Assembly: GCA_964016885.1 (NCBI GenBank) | Contig: CAXHJY010001375.1 | Coordinates: 1-52,440, forward strand | Source of the DNA: Eledone cirrhosa | Taxonomy: Eukaryota | Direction of reading: 5' to 3' | Length of the DNA stretch: 52,440 nucleotides | Shown here: positions 13,448 to 26,699 of the stretch, piece after piece | Layout: every line of letters starts with the position of its first letter | Numbering within the stretch: the first letter of the stretch is position 1 | Translations under genes and position numbers: made by a program | The notes under the pieces: generated by a model | Told to the model about the DNA's origin: nothing | Seen by the model: the letters and a program-made list of their open reading frames with translations, nothing else | The model's database searches: none

Positions 13448-13556
13448 GCAATCGCACCCCCCACTCTCACCAAGCGTGAAACCAATAATATTTGTAACAT
13501 TTACTCCAGTGTTTGTTTTTTGTTTTCTGTTATTCCAAACTATATATATATATATA

Positions 13557-15005
13557 CTAGCTGGCGCCCGGCTAGGTATACCGGTATTTTATCTTTTCAG
13601 GAATCTCCCCCTACACTCCAGTGCAAAGATACCACATGCCCTCTCAAGTCAGCATGGGGGGGGGGGGGGGTTAACGTGCTCTGATGTTGGGTTTGAATAG
13701 TTTTTAGAATTCCCCAGTTTAGCATCCAGTACGTTAAAGAAAATTGATAGTTACAACAATAAAGGCTGAACAGAGAACAAATTTTTTAACAAACAATAAT
13801 TTGTACAACCATAATGGAAATTCCAAGTAACAAAAAATATTTAAATTATATTGTTAGAGCCTCAGAGTACACAATATTTTTTGTTCGGCCCTCTCCGGAG
13901 CAAAGATGAAGAGATTGTTTGGCGAGCTCACCCTAGAGCATTCTACATACAATTAATTGACCATGGGAGATCAGTGATTTCTTAGCTCGTCTCGCCAAGA
14001 AGCTCTGTACAAGAAGCTCTGTAGACGTTGACCTCTGGACACTCCTGTCAGGAGCAGGTAAGCTGTAGTGACTTAGAGGCCTACCACCAATCTCCAGTAC
14101 ACTGTTTTCAAGACAAATGAGCACCTCATTGAAAACGACATCGTATGTTACGTTTGGATTGTTTCTGTGTGTGCGGTGGAGGATGTCCTCAGCTAAACTT
14201 TCACGGTGGTTGTTCCACAGTGCGAGAGGGTTAGCGAGATCGCAGTTGTGCAGCATAATAGCAAAAAGTTTTCACAACTGAGAAGGGAATTTAGCAGTTG
14301 CTACTTTTTGCAGGGTGAGGTGCCAATGGCTGTCGTGTAACATACCACGCATCTGGCAAGCCAAACGGTAAGTGGAACATTGATGGCCATTAGTGGTTCT
14401 CAGATCTTGGAAAGACTGTGGTCCTCAAATCTCGAACAGTAACAATGATGATAAGCCGTCTGTGCTTTTGTGAAATAAATAAGTTTTTGTTTTTGTGTAT
14501 GCAAAAATATCTGTACACGAATATATATATATTAGAATAACAGATTAAAGTTTAAGCAAAGAATCGCTTCTTTTACCCTTAACGGGATCTTCTGAAACTA
14601 AAACAATCTGTCTGTAAACGCAGAAGTAAATATTTTGAAAAACGTTATCTAATGCAGACAGTCAGACATACAGAGACATATTATAAGGGCGCTACGTTAT
14701 AGCTATGTATTTATCTAAAAAGGCAGACTAAGAAAAAGAGGGGAATGTTGTGCGACGTCATAAGAAAAAGTGAGGAATGACGTATAACCGGAAGTGTTGA
14801 CATTTGAAATTTTAAAGAAGTGAATATTTAAATAATGTCTTTAATCTTTTAACAAAATTCAGTAGACAAAAATACCCTCACTTTTTTACTTGGAAAAAGT
14901 TACATCTATGGTGCAAATTTGGTGCTGTTCAGTCCAGCCGTTTGGCGGAAAGTTTGTTACCTACATACGGCCGTCAGCTTTATAGTATAGGTATATATAG
15001 ATAGA
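13557..15005 (-). mobile_element. Internally deleted Helitron (RepHel remnants)
   Basis: Minus strand encodes GPQSFQDLRT.NG..C.TYR.AC..RG, then NPLALWNNHRESLAEDI...LSHYSLPAP, joined to SHGQL...SSPNNLFIFAP...KNIVYSEAL. The 3' end has a CCGG..CCGG hairpin plus CTAG|T at 13557. A 5' CTATACTATAAAG-like end lies near 14990-15005. Confidence 0.8.
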
Positions 15006-15112
15006 TATATATTAATCAATGAAAAAAGAGTTAGTTGATTTATAATCAACTGATTCTTACATATAACAGATGCCAAACACTCAACTGTATAAATTTATCC
15101 GGAGTATTATTA

Positions 15113-16222
15113 TCTATACATATAAATAAAAGTGTAGTTGTCTGTGTGTGTCTCCTCATTTTTGCAAAGTCTATACAAATCCACATTTCTACTCCGATTC
15201 ACTTCAAACTTGCATTCATATATTCCTTGCGGACTAAAGATATTAACTGCAGCTTTTATTTTTCAATTTTCTGTTGTTAAAGGGGTGTTAGGCTCCGGTT
15301 CGATCTCTGTCGCGCCCTTATAATATCTGTCTGCATTACGATATTATGACAAACATTGATGACGTATTACGTTTGCTATTTTCCGTTCATTGCCAGGGAA
15401 CGTCTTCACGAACCAAAGTATCGTCTTCCTGTTTTCCTTCAGTTGCAACGTTTTTCGAAATATTTACTCCTGCGTTCACAGATTAATTTTTTTTAGTTTC
15501 AGAAGATCCGTTTAGGGTGAAAGCAGCGATTCTTTGCTTAAACTTTAATCTGTTATTTTAATATATAATATAAGCGAAGCAAGCCAGCCCAGTTGCCACT
15601 TCTTGCCAATAAACATTAACCCTTTGTGCGCTATTCATCTAACTGTAGACCAACAAATACCAACTAAACGGAGCGTTGACAAGAACGGAGGTAAGCAGTT
15701 TCCTCCCGAGCTGTTAGTGTACGCAGGATTCTCTGCTACACCTTTTCGTAATAATACCGAACAACGTACTGCTGGTCACTCCTTCTTCCAAAAGCCGTAC
15801 AAAGCGGACATGTGGATCGGGTGCAAATATACACCAGGCCTACTCGAGAAATTCACAAGGGACTGCACCGAGAGGAATAGAGAGAAAGAGTAACTTAGTG
15901 GAAAGAGTGCAAATGAACTTTTGAGGTAAGTAGCCTACGCCTTACTGCTATTGCACTGGAACCTTCTGCCAACTTAACCTTTCACATTTCCTCCAATAGA
16001 CCAAAACAGAGGAGTATGAAAAGAAGGGGCTCAACAATATTTCTATGAACAATGCACGTAGACAGCTAAACTACTTTCAACTTCTTAATTTTATCCAAAT
16101 AAAACAAGTTTTGTGTCGGTATATTTTCGTGAGTTTTTAACAGGCCAACACAAATAAACGTTACTCATTGGAGGTGCTATTACCAATGTTCTTATCCATG
16201 CAACGCCGGGATACACTGCTAG
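15113..16222 (+). mobile_element. Non-autonomous Helitron-like element
   Basis: 5' A|TCTATACATATAAA and 3' CCATGCAACGCCGGG...CTAG|T ends. Segment 15310-15560 is inverted-homologous to 14530-14700. Confidence 0.6.
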
Positions 16223-16232
16223 TAATAATAAT

Positions 16233-16513
16233 AGTAATAAACGAAAGATATATACTTTATATAATCTCTATTTCATTATATATATTTCGAAGATGCAAAG
16301 TTTTATGTATAACATAGAGCAAAACGTGTCCTTGGTGGTCATGGATCTGTCCAGCTCGTTTGTCTCCCAGCATATCAGGAAAAAATTATACATTTTCTAT
16401 GTATTCTATCTGAAGAGGACACATTTTGCTTTGTTATACATAAAACTTTGCATCTTCGAAATATATATAATGAAATAGAGATGATATAAAGTATATATCT
16501 TTCGTTTATTACT
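16233..16513. repeat. Foldback/MITE-like inverted repeat (~100-bp arms, ~80-bp spacer)
   Basis: AGTAATAAACGAAAGATATATACTTTAT...GCAAAACGTGTCC matches GGACACATTTTGC...ATAAAGTATATATCTTTCGTTTATTACT in inverted orientation. Confidence 0.85.
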
Positions 16514-16560
16514 CTGGTGCGTTATGGTCCACCTGGTTCCTAACCACACTTCCTTCGTTA

Positions 16561-16865
16561 AATATATATATAAATAAAATAGACTCTGTCTCTGTGTGTC
16601 TGTTTCCACATAACTTCTACAACTAGCAACTGATTTTCTTCAAATTTGGCACAAACATGCGTTATGCTCCTGACCTTCATACGAGCTCATTACATTTTCA
16701 AATTTGTGTCTACTGCACCCGCAATAAGAGAAAATCCAACTAAAAAAAAATCATTTTTGTCAATAACTTCTACAGTTTACATCCGATTTCCTTCAAATTT
16801 GGAACAAACATGCATTGTTTAGTGCACCCCCCCCCCTGGACTAGAAAAAACGAATCGAAAAAATC
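16561..16865 (+). mobile_element. Helitron/Helentron-associated repeat fragment
   Basis: Starts ATATATATAAATAAAA..GTCTCTGTGTGTCTGT and has a duplicated ATAACTTCTACA...TTCAAATTTGG..ACAAACATGC block. Confidence 0.4.
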
Positions 16866-16923
16866 TGCATGTGTATATATATATGTGTGTATGTATAGAT
16901 GTGTGTGTGTATATATGTGTGTG

Positions 16924-19270
16924 TCATCACCGTTTCAAGTCCGTTCTTCCACGCTAGCATGGGTTAGACGGGTTGTCCTGTTGTGGGCAGTATCAGGTCG
17001 GCTGACCTTGTCTTGCTCATACGGGAACTGATTCTGGCTTGACTTCTGCAGCTGGATGCACTTCCTAACACCAACCTCATTTACAGTGAGTGCTGGGTGC
17101 TTTTTTTCCGTGGCACCTACACGTCCATGTTACAGGGTGCTTTTTTGCAGTGGGAGGGTGTAGGTGCATATTGTCTATATGCTTCAGCTTCGGCTTGTAC
17201 CCGTGGAGAGTCGGGTCTTCTGTATTACTGTGTGACGCCAAAGGTCACGGTCGTGTGTCATCGCCTTTGAGAGGTGTAATTGGGTAAGGTTGGCTTTTAT
17301 CACCTCATCCCAGGTCTTCTTGGGTCTCCTCACTCCGCGGTTTCCATCGACTTCTAGTGCTCTGCACCTTTTTATGCAACTGTCATCCTTCATACGCATC
17401 ACATGGCCATACCAACGCAACCGCCTCTCCTGCACACAGCATTTGATTCCTCTGATGCTCAGTCTCTCTCTCAATTCATTTATGCTTTGCCGTTTGCGTA
17501 TATTACTCTTACACATCCATTGGAGCATGTAGGCTTTGTTTCTTTCTAATCCACGCAAGTCTTCCACAGACAGCGCCCAGGTCTCACTACCATGTAACAT
17601 TGCTGTTCGTATACACGCATCATACAGTCTGCCTTTCATTTTGAGGGAAAAGCCTTTTGCCGCTAGCAGTAGCTCCCTGAACTTCTTCCAACCCGTTCTT
17701 ACCCTAGTTATTGTACTTTCCGAACACCCACCTCCACTGCTAATTCGGTCACCTAGGTAGCAGAAGCTGTCTACTGTTTCTACAGAGCCCTCCCAGAGTT
17801 TGGTAGTGCTTGTTTCCTGTGGCTATTTGCTACTTGCTGTCCCAGCACAGCTGCTACATGTGAACCCTACATTCTTAGTTAAGCTTCCTGAAATCCCGCT
17901 ACATCTCTTGTGTACCCATTGTTTGCATTTGGGTCAGAGAATGGAGTTCCTACCTACACCTTTCCTACACACTGAGCAAGGCCATTTCGCTGAGGGGATC
18001 TGGGTTCTGTTTTCTCGTCTACTTACAAGGACCTTAGTCTTTGTCCGGTTGACCCTGAGACCCTTTCTCTCTAGTCCCTGCTTCCAAGTTTGGAATTTCT
18101 TCTCTAGTTCTACCATAGATTCAGCTATAAGTGCGAGGTCATCTGCATACAGGAGTTTCTATGGACATCCGGTCTTAAATTCATCCGTTATTGCCTGCAG
18201 AACTATGATGAACAGGAGAGGGCTAAGAACAGAGCCCTGGTGGACACCAACCTGTACGCTAAATTCCTCGCTAATCTCATTTCTAATCCTAACTTTGCTG
18301 ACTGCTCCCCTATACATGGCTTGTACAGCTTTCACAAGCCATTCATCTACTCTTAGTTTTCTAAGAGCCCACCAGCACGAGGGAACTCTGTCAAAGGCTT
18401 TCTCGAGATCGACAAATGCCAGGTAGAGCGGCTTACTTTTAGCTAGGTACTTTTCCTGTAACTGCCTAACAAGGATGAGGGCATCAGTGGTGTCTCTTCC
18501 TGGCACAAACCCAAATTGCATCTCATCTAGTTTCACCCGGTCCCTAATCAACTGTGCTATAACTCTTTCTGTTACTTTCATGACCTGGTCCATCAGCTTT
18601 ATACCTCTATAGTTTCCTCTATCTAGTGCATCACCTTTACGTTTGTAGCAGTTGACAATGATGCTACTGCACCAATCCTTTGGTATGACACCTAGTATTA
18701 CCTGGTTAACAATACGTGTGGTTATGGTGTGACCTACCAACCCAGATGCCTTCAGCATCTCGGCAGCTATACCCGATGGACCGGTTGCTTTCCCCGTCTT
18801 CATATCTTTGATTGCCTTACTTACTACGCTGCTGCTGACTTGTACTGCTGGCCCCTCTATAGGGTCTACTTGGGGTAGGGTCTCTTCTTCCCATACATTC
18901 TCCTCATTTAGTAATCTATCATAATGGCTCTTCCACACATCTTTCTTCTCAGCATTTGTGAGGGCAAGCTCACCTTTATCATTCCGGATACACTTCTCTC
19001 CAATGACATCACAATTCTCTCTGACACACTGCCTCGCAATCTTCTAAGTATACTTGTCGCCTAGCTTCCCTCCTGGTCTCTATGTAATGTACCCTGCTTC
19101 CCGCATTCTTCCATTCTTTCCATGCCTGTCTCTTGGCCTTAACTGCCTCATCTGCCTTATTGTCCCACCAACAAGTCACTCTCCTCCTGCCTGTGGTCTT
19201 ACTCCAGCCACAGATCTCATCCGTCGCCTTTAGTAAGTTATTTTTTAGGAACTCCCAGTGCTCTTCTACA
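16924..19270 (-). mobile_element. RTE LINE subfamily B, 5'-truncated, frameshifted
   Basis: ORFs 18159-18938, 17934-18116 and 17184-17639 carry RT, PHD and C-terminal motifs. It has the shared 3' stem-loop tail and TA/TG tracts on both sides. Confidence 0.93.
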
Positions 19271-19280
19271 TTGAATGTGT

Positions 19281-19316
<36 letters not shown>

Positions 19317-19347
19317 ATATGTATGTGTGTACATGTGTGTGTAGGTG

Positions 19348-19386
<39 letters not shown>

Positions 19387-19579
19387 TTCTGTAAGTCAAG
19401 TCACTCTTCAGCACTACTGGTAACGTTATCCAGCACAACATGTGCATTGTCGGGTTGACGGCAACTAAACCAAGCTTGCTTGGTGAGGAGGGCAGATTTT
19501 GTACATTCTGCTGGCCATAGGCAAGTCCCTAGCCAGACGAAAAAGCCTATTCCTTGATGCTCATGCTTAAAAATAATAA

Positions 19580-19905
19580 TAATAATGAAATTGTGTACAG
19601 TGCTCAGGTGCATGTATAGTACATAGAATAATGTACAAATGTCAGGAGAGTGAACAGTCTATGAGTCATATACATGATTGCATGTGTATGGAGGGGGGAT
19701 ATCAGGTCTAGTGTTGGTGAATTTCAGGAAGCATGAATATTTTAAAGGATGCAGTGTCCTGGCAGATAACTGGTGTAGTTTCAGCAACTCTGTGTGAAAA
19801 AATGTTTCCGAAAGTCATGGGAGCTGTGCTGTTTTCTGACTTCATAGGGATGCCCATGGGTGCTACTATTAAGCGATGGCATTACTCGAAATCGTGTTGC
19901 AGCCA
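19580..19905 (-). mobile_element. CR1-like LINE 3' fragment
   Basis: Minus strand SHDFRKHFSHRVAE...SFK resembles the CR1 ORF2 terminus (RKxFFSxRV...SFK). An (ATT)n tail lies near 19575. Confidence 0.5.
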
Positions 19906-19987
19906 TAATATATGTTTGTGTGTGTGTGTATATATATAATATATGTGTGTGTGTGTGTGGATGTGTATATATGTATATATATATATA

Positions 19988-21285
19988 TCATCATCATCAT
20001 TTTTACATCCATTTTTCCACGCTAGCACGGCATCTCTCCACTCGTCGCACTCCTTTGTCATCTCTTCTGTGAGTCTCAGTGATTTGAGGTCCTCTCTCAC
20101 AATTTCTGACCAGGTCTTTTTTGGTCTACCTCTACTGCAACTTTTTTCCACTGGCATTTCCTAGCACTCCTTCTTCATCCAACGATCATTGTCCATGCAT
20201 ATCACATGTCCATACCAACACAGTCTTCTATCCTGCACACCACCTCGGATTGATTCCTCTTAAATCCAGCTTCTCCTTCAACTCATCCAAGCTCTGCCTC
20301 TCTCTCCTACTTACATTGCACATCCAACGGAGCATGGTTGCTTCATTTTTCTCGAATCTATGCATGTCTCTGCAGTCACAGCCCATGTTTCACTACCATG
20401 CATCATCGCACTTTGCACACAGGCATCATACAGTCATCCTTTTGTATGTAGGGAGAAACCTTTTTTGTTCAACAGTCGGAGTAGCTCTCTAAACTTTTTT
20501 CACCTTATCCTTATTCTAGCTATTATGCTCTCAGTGCACTCCCCTCTTGCTAATTATGTCACCTAGATAGCAGAAGGTATCAATCACTTCTATGGTTCCT
20601 TCCTGTGACTGGAAAAGGTTTGCATCACTGGCTCTCTTCTCCTCGGTTACCCCTGTGTATTTTCCACATACAAAGTTTTCCCTTCCTATTAGTCTACCCA
20701 TTATCCCATTACATCTCTTGTGTACCCATGATTTACATTGTGTACATCATATGGAGTTTATGCCTACTCATTTTCTATATATTATGCAGAGCCACTTCCT
20801 TGAGGGAATCAGGGTCCTCTCTTCTTTCTTATTCATTAGCACTTTAGTCTTGACTAAGTTTACTCACAGACCTTTTGATTCCAAATTTTGTTTCCATAGT
20901 GTGAAGTTATTTTCTACACTTAATTTCCTTAAGGACCACCAGATAATAGATCGATGTACTCTGCCAAAGGGCTTTTCTCGATCAACAAAAGCTAAATATA
21001 GCAGCTTATTCTTGGCTAGGAACTTCTCTTGAAGTTGCCTCACTAGAAAGAGGGCATCTGTAGTACTTTTCCCAGGTATGTAACCAAACTGCATCTCATC
21101 TATTTTGACTGATTGCCTAATTATCTGCGCTATAACTTTCCATCACTTTCATAATTTGGTCCATTAGTTTTATTCCTCTGTAGTTGCTCCTTTCTAGTGC
21201 ATCACCTATGACCTTATAGCAATCATGATTGTCCTGCTGTGTCAGTCATTGGGTGTGACTCCGTCCTGTATTACTTGACTATGCA
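19988..21285 (-). mobile_element. Older RTE LINE copy with internal deletion
   Basis: MQFGYIPGKSTTDALFLVRQLQEKF, GRPKKTW..WR, and a (GAT)n tail next to a TA/TG tract. Confidence 0.88.
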
Positions 21286-21334
21286 GGTTCTAGCTTTAAA
21301 GTGGTTATGTAGGTGTCAGACAAAAAGCATGCAA

Positions 21335-21501
21335 CACACACTGTAAATGTGGTTGGTGTTATGAAGGGCATCCAGCCATAGAAACCAAGCCAGAAACAGT
21401 TCTGTATGAGCAAGACTTGGTCACCTGACCTGACTTGCTTCAAATGGGACAACCCGTCTAATCCATGCTAGCGTGGAAAATAGACATTAAACAATGATGA
21501 T
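21335..21501 (+). mobile_element. RTE/SINE 3' tail fragment
   Basis: CACACTGTAAATGTGGTTGGTGTT..AAGGGCATCC...CCATGCTAGCGTGGAAAA...GATGAT followed by a TA-rich tract. Confidence 0.8.
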
Positions 21502-22659
21502 ATATAACATATATACATACATGTGTGTGTGTGTATATGTATAGTTCAAAGTATCTTGTGGTATTTTGTTGCATCCTTTTCTCTTCTGTTTGGGGGTGGA
21601 GTATTACGAGTACTGGACAAGTACTGAAGTCAATTTTCTCTAATGTTCCCATTTCAAAATCTGTGGCCTTGTACTTATATTAGATCAGTTGTGCCACTCC
21701 TCGTACAAATTTGCAATCTTGAATTTTAGATAATATATTTTGAAAATGACTCTCTCTCAAGGGATCTGTAACATATTCCTTTTCACTGTACCTGTTCTGA
21801 TTAATCATGGAGAATTTTATCCCCCCCCCCCCCCCCCCCCCCCCCCTCTAAAAAAATCACATTACTCTGAAGTACATTTTATGCACTATCTTGGCAAAAT
21901 ATATGAATATACATAGGCAGATGTTTGAAATGTCTTGTCATTTAAAGTAGGCATAATCAGTCATGAATATTGATTGTAGTAAAGGGTTATTAGGTCCTTA
22001 AGATAAAAGATTGTGCCTTTCTTTTACTTTTATTTAATAATTGCTTTTTGTTGTCATTACCAGTTTAGTTGTCATAAGATATCTCATGATGAATATAGAG
22101 CTTTTCTTTCCCTCACTTTTTATTTAAAGGTCCATGTTACTTATTTTTAAAGTACATAAAAGCAAAAATAATGACTATTGATTTCTTATAAAGCCATACA
22201 TTTGTTGAGTAGATGTAATTAAGTTGACTCTAGAATAATGTACTGCAAATTTGACATTGGTGAAATTTCATTTCAAAATGTAGAAAGATGAAATTTGAGA
22301 GAATTTACTCCAACATTCCACCATTTTGTAACTCCCAAGTTGACTCCAGTTTATATTATGTAAATATGACCATTGCTTACTTTAACCTGTTAACAAAACA
22401 TTCAGAAAATACCATAAATCAACTGCTGACCTGCACTCATAATTCCCACTAAACCAACCCCTGACCCACATCACCATATTCTGCAAACCAACCACTGACT
22501 GCACCAGCTACCAAATTACTTTGGGTTACTCTTATACTTGCTGGTTTGAAATTTTCTGTGATATTCAGTGTTTAGTTTTGTATCAAATACTCCACTAGTT
22601 TGCATGCTGGAGAATAACTATTTGTAATATTACATAACCAATGTGTTTTGAAGGACAAA

Positions 22660-23480
22660 TCATCATCTGTTTGCATCTGTTTTTCCATGCTTGCATGGGA
22701 TTGGGTGGATTTTTTTTTTCCAGCATAGCCACCCTTCACTTCCTCTACTGTAGTTTTCTTCTACTGGCATCTTTTGGCACTTCTTCACCCAATGATCATC
22801 ATCCATACACATCACATGTATCCATGCAGTCTTCTCTGTTTGCACACATCTGATTTCTCTTATACCTAGTTTTTCTCTCAGCTCCTCTGTTTCACCATTC
22901 ATGCACATTAACTCTTTCTTCCCTGATTCTAACTGTAGTCATGACTTTAAAATTGATTCAGTCTAATCCCACCTGTATTCGTTGTTCATGTTTTGCTACA
23001 GCAGTTGGAGACCGCCTAGAGTTGTGCTTTGAAGTGTGTTCTTTTCTGGTGTAAAACGCTCAGTAATTGGTTAAATTAGGAAACTATGCTTAGTTTGAAC
23101 CAACCAAATTAGATTATGAAATTAGATTTTTCAGGTTTTTGCTCATAGTTTATGATAATAAATTTTTATTTTTTTTATTTTAATGAATTGTAAATATAAT
23201 AAACTTTTTTTTATATAATGAGCAATTTTTATACGGGCAAGTTAAATAACTATCAATTTTCACTATTCAGTTTAGGGAACTAGTGTCAAAATATCTTAAT
23301 GTTGTTCAAGGAGGTATTCAGTGGTGGCAGTGACAGCTGTCAGGAAAGAAAGAGTTAATATTACACATCCATCAGAGCATGTTTGACCCATTACGTACGG
23401 CCTTCCCATATCCTATGCATCGGACTTCGCATGCAGGCATCATACAGCTGGTCTTTCATTCATAGAGAGAAAGCATTTGT
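22660..23480 (-). mobile_element. Old RTE 3' fragment split by a MITE
   Basis: ELREKLGIR...WIHVMCMDDDHWVKKC. The host sequence resumes as TTACACATCC after the insert. Confidence 0.7.
22908..23358. mobile_element. TTAA-flanked MITE (piggyBac/Kolobok-type target)
   Basis: TTAA-CTCTTTCTTCCCTGA ... TCAGGAAAGAAAGAG-TTAA gives terminal inverted repeats (1 mismatch) and a TTAA duplication within RTE sequence. Confidence 0.75.
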
Positions 23481-24982
23481 TGTCACTGAACCGTTAGATT
23501 TTAGTTTTCAGGTGCACTATTAGATGTCAGTGAGAGCATTATAAGCTGAGTGGTGCAACTTTGTAAAACTCTAATCAGTGAACTCTTGCCTTCCTTCCCA
23601 TGGTACTTATTGATATTTAGATAAGCATGCTACTGTTAAAGTGAATATTTGTATTGGTTAATAGACTAGCAACCTGCTGCTGTTTAGGTAGTTGAAAGTT
23701 ACAAAAGGAGGTTGCTAGCTTGCTAACTAAATACAAATAACTAATTAAACTATTATGTTTAGTTTAATTACTTGTTTGTGTTCAAATCTTTCTGGTGATG
23801 TGACAAAAATAAGTGCCAGACCTGAATTATTATTTATTTCCTTTTATGGATCTTTCTAGTCACTGGTTTAGTACTTATCTCTAGTTTTTATGAAATTTGC
23901 TCTTAACATTCTATACCACATGAAACACTGTTAGTAAAATATTCTTGAAAACTGCAAAACAATATGACTGCATTCTATTAAAAATTAAAGTCTTTATTCT
24001 AATTTTGCAAATGTCTACTATGATCTGTCCACTAGTAAAAATACTATAAACATTTGAATTAACAAACCCATTTTTTTAGATACTTTTTTACAGGATGTTG
24101 AGTTAAGCAAATGATATCGTCCCGTGGATTTGAAGCCAGTCTGCTGTAGAATTGAACTCTGTTCTACGACTAGTGAATCAATGACCATAGTATCGCTTAT
24201 GATGTTGAAATGTACCACTCCCTAGTACCTACTAGTAGCTAGTTATACTGAGTTGCTTAAATCTAAATTTTGAGAACAAAGATAGGGAACTCCTCACACA
24301 CAGGCAAAATTTTGCTTGCATCAAATTTAGTAATTTCTTTAAAAAGTCACATGAAAACTAAAGTGACCAAAATAGTGATTTAATAAGTTGATTTTAAACT
24401 ATTTTGTTTAGTTAAAGGATATAAACTGCTTGCTTACCATTTAGTTGTCTGTAGTGTCCTATTGACTAAATGTTGTAAACTAGAGTGTTGGAAGTAAGTC
24501 TTCCACAGCTGCCACAATGATCATGTGCTGCAAAATGTTCAGAATGTACAAAGGTGAAAGCCTGATTTAATATTTTATGTTTCTCAGTCTCACACATGAA
24601 CAGCATAATACAAAGTTAATAGATCCTCCATCTATTTCAACCATGAGTATTCCAGTTGTTACAGATCACATCTGTGCAAGTTTAGCCAGCCTTCTACGAG
24701 GTTGCATCCCATAGGAGGTTTCTCGGGTGTTTTTATACTATAGGGATCCAGTCCTCTCATAACCATGAGTATTCCAGTTGTTCAATCAATTAAGCTGCCT
24801 ATTTGAATTATAGCATAAAGTAGCTGAATATTCCATAGTCACTTGCCTATGTTAGGCAAGATTCACATTGCAAGGTATGATGATATAGGCTCTTTGAATT
24901 ACAGGTATAGTTTATATATATCTGATAGGCTTTCTAGATAAGTCTTGCTTTAATCCAATCTGAAACTACATTGCTATATAAG

Positions 24983-26675
24983 GGTTTTGTGTGTTGTGTC
25001 AGGTAAAAGTACCACAGACGCTCTTTTCTTTGTACGACAACTACAAGAGAAGTACCTAGCTAAAACTAAACTCCTCTACTTAGCTTTTGTAGACCTGGAG
25101 AAAGCTTTTGACAGTCCCCTGCTCCATTATCTGGTGGGCTCTTAGAAAACTAGGTGTAGATGAATGGCTTGTGAGAGCTATATAAGCTATGTATAATGAA
25201 ATAGTCAGTAAGGTTAGAATTAACAAGGAATATTGTGAAGAATTTAGTGTAAAAGTTGGCGTTCATCAATGCTCTGTCCTTAGCCCCTTCTTATTTATTA
25301 TTGCCCTTCAGGCTATAACAGAGGAGTTCAAGACCGGCTGCCCATGGGAACTCCTATACGCAGATGATCTAATGCTTATAGCTGAATCAATGGCTGAACT
25401 AGAGAAGAAATTTGAAACATGGAAGCATGGCCTTGAATCAAAAGGCCTTAAAGTTAACTTGTCTAAGACTAAAGTTCTAGTTTGTAGAAAGGAAAATAGG
25501 GCACAGGTGCCCTCAGGGAAATGGCCATGCTCAGTGTGTAGGAAAGGAGTAGGTAGAAATTCCATATGTCCCAAATGCAAAGTATGGGTACATAAAAGAT
25601 GTAGTGGGATCACAGGTAAACTATCTAAGAACGTAGACTTTATATGTGGCTAATGCTCAGGTGCAATAAGTAGCAAGTGTCCAAAGGATACTGGCTCCTT
25701 CCATTGCCCAGATGGTTCTATAGAAATAGTAGACACTTTCCGTTACCTGGGTGACGAAATCAGCAGTGGTGGAGGGTGTTCTGAAAGTCAGTAACCAGAG
25801 TCAGAACGGGATGGAAAAAGTTCAGAGAGCTTATACCGCTGTTGGCCACAACAGGTTTCTCTCTAAAAATGAAAGGCAGATTGTATGATGCCTGTATACG
25901 AACAGCAATGCTACATGGCAGTGAGACATGAGCATTACGTGCAGAGGACCTGCGTAGGCTGGAAAGGAACGAAGCATGCATGCTCTGTTGGATGTGTAAT
26001 AGTAATATACGTGAACGGCAAAGCATAAATGAACTAAGTGAGAAATTAGGAATAAGAGGAATCAGATGCTGTTTACTTGTGAGAAGATTATGTTGGTATG
26101 GTCACGTGATGCGCATGAAAGACGACAGCTCAGCTGCATAAAAAAGTGCAGGGCGATCAAAATTGATGGTAGTTACGGAGTAGGTAGACCCAGAAAAACC
26201 TGGGATGATCTGATAAATTCCGACCTCACACACTTACATCTCTCTAAGACAATGTCTCTGGACCGAGACCTTTGGCGCTATGCAGTAATACAGAAGACCC
26301 GCCTTGCCTATGTACAAAGCGAAACCTACAGTCAGTAGGCACCTCTTAACCAAATATACACCCCAATCTACTACCCCTACCCTATCCTCCCACCAACAGC
26401 ACGAGAAAATGAGATCGAGTTCATGTAGGTGTCACGACAAAAAACACACACAGTCCACGCTGTAATGTGGCCGTGTAGGTAACACAGTAAAAAGTTCCCA
26501 GTTCCACACTGTAAATGTGGTTGGTGTGAGGAAGGGCATCCAGCCGTAGAAAACCTGCCAGATAGTCCTATATGAGCAAGACACGGTCACCCGACTAGCC
26601 TTGCCTCAAGTGGGACAACTCCCGTCTAACCCATGCTATCGTGGAAAACAGGCGTTAAACGAAGATGATGATGAT
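24983..26675 (+). mobile_element. RTE LINE subfamily A-related, 5'-truncated, with stops
   Basis: ORFs 25189-25653 and 26066-26338, a full 3'UTR and a (GAT)n tail. Confidence 0.93.
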
Positions 26676-26699
26676 GGAGAGATTCAATTTGATGTGTAT

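Noticed and set aside
21821-21846. Poly-C run of about 26 nt
   Set aside because: Simple homopolymer of unreliable length with no associated structure.
24575-24790. Possible host exon after TTTCTCAG, and a 22-bp direct repeat AACCATGAGTATTCCAGTTGTT
   Set aside because: No recognisable protein similarity or convincing donor site; it cannot be supported without transcript data.
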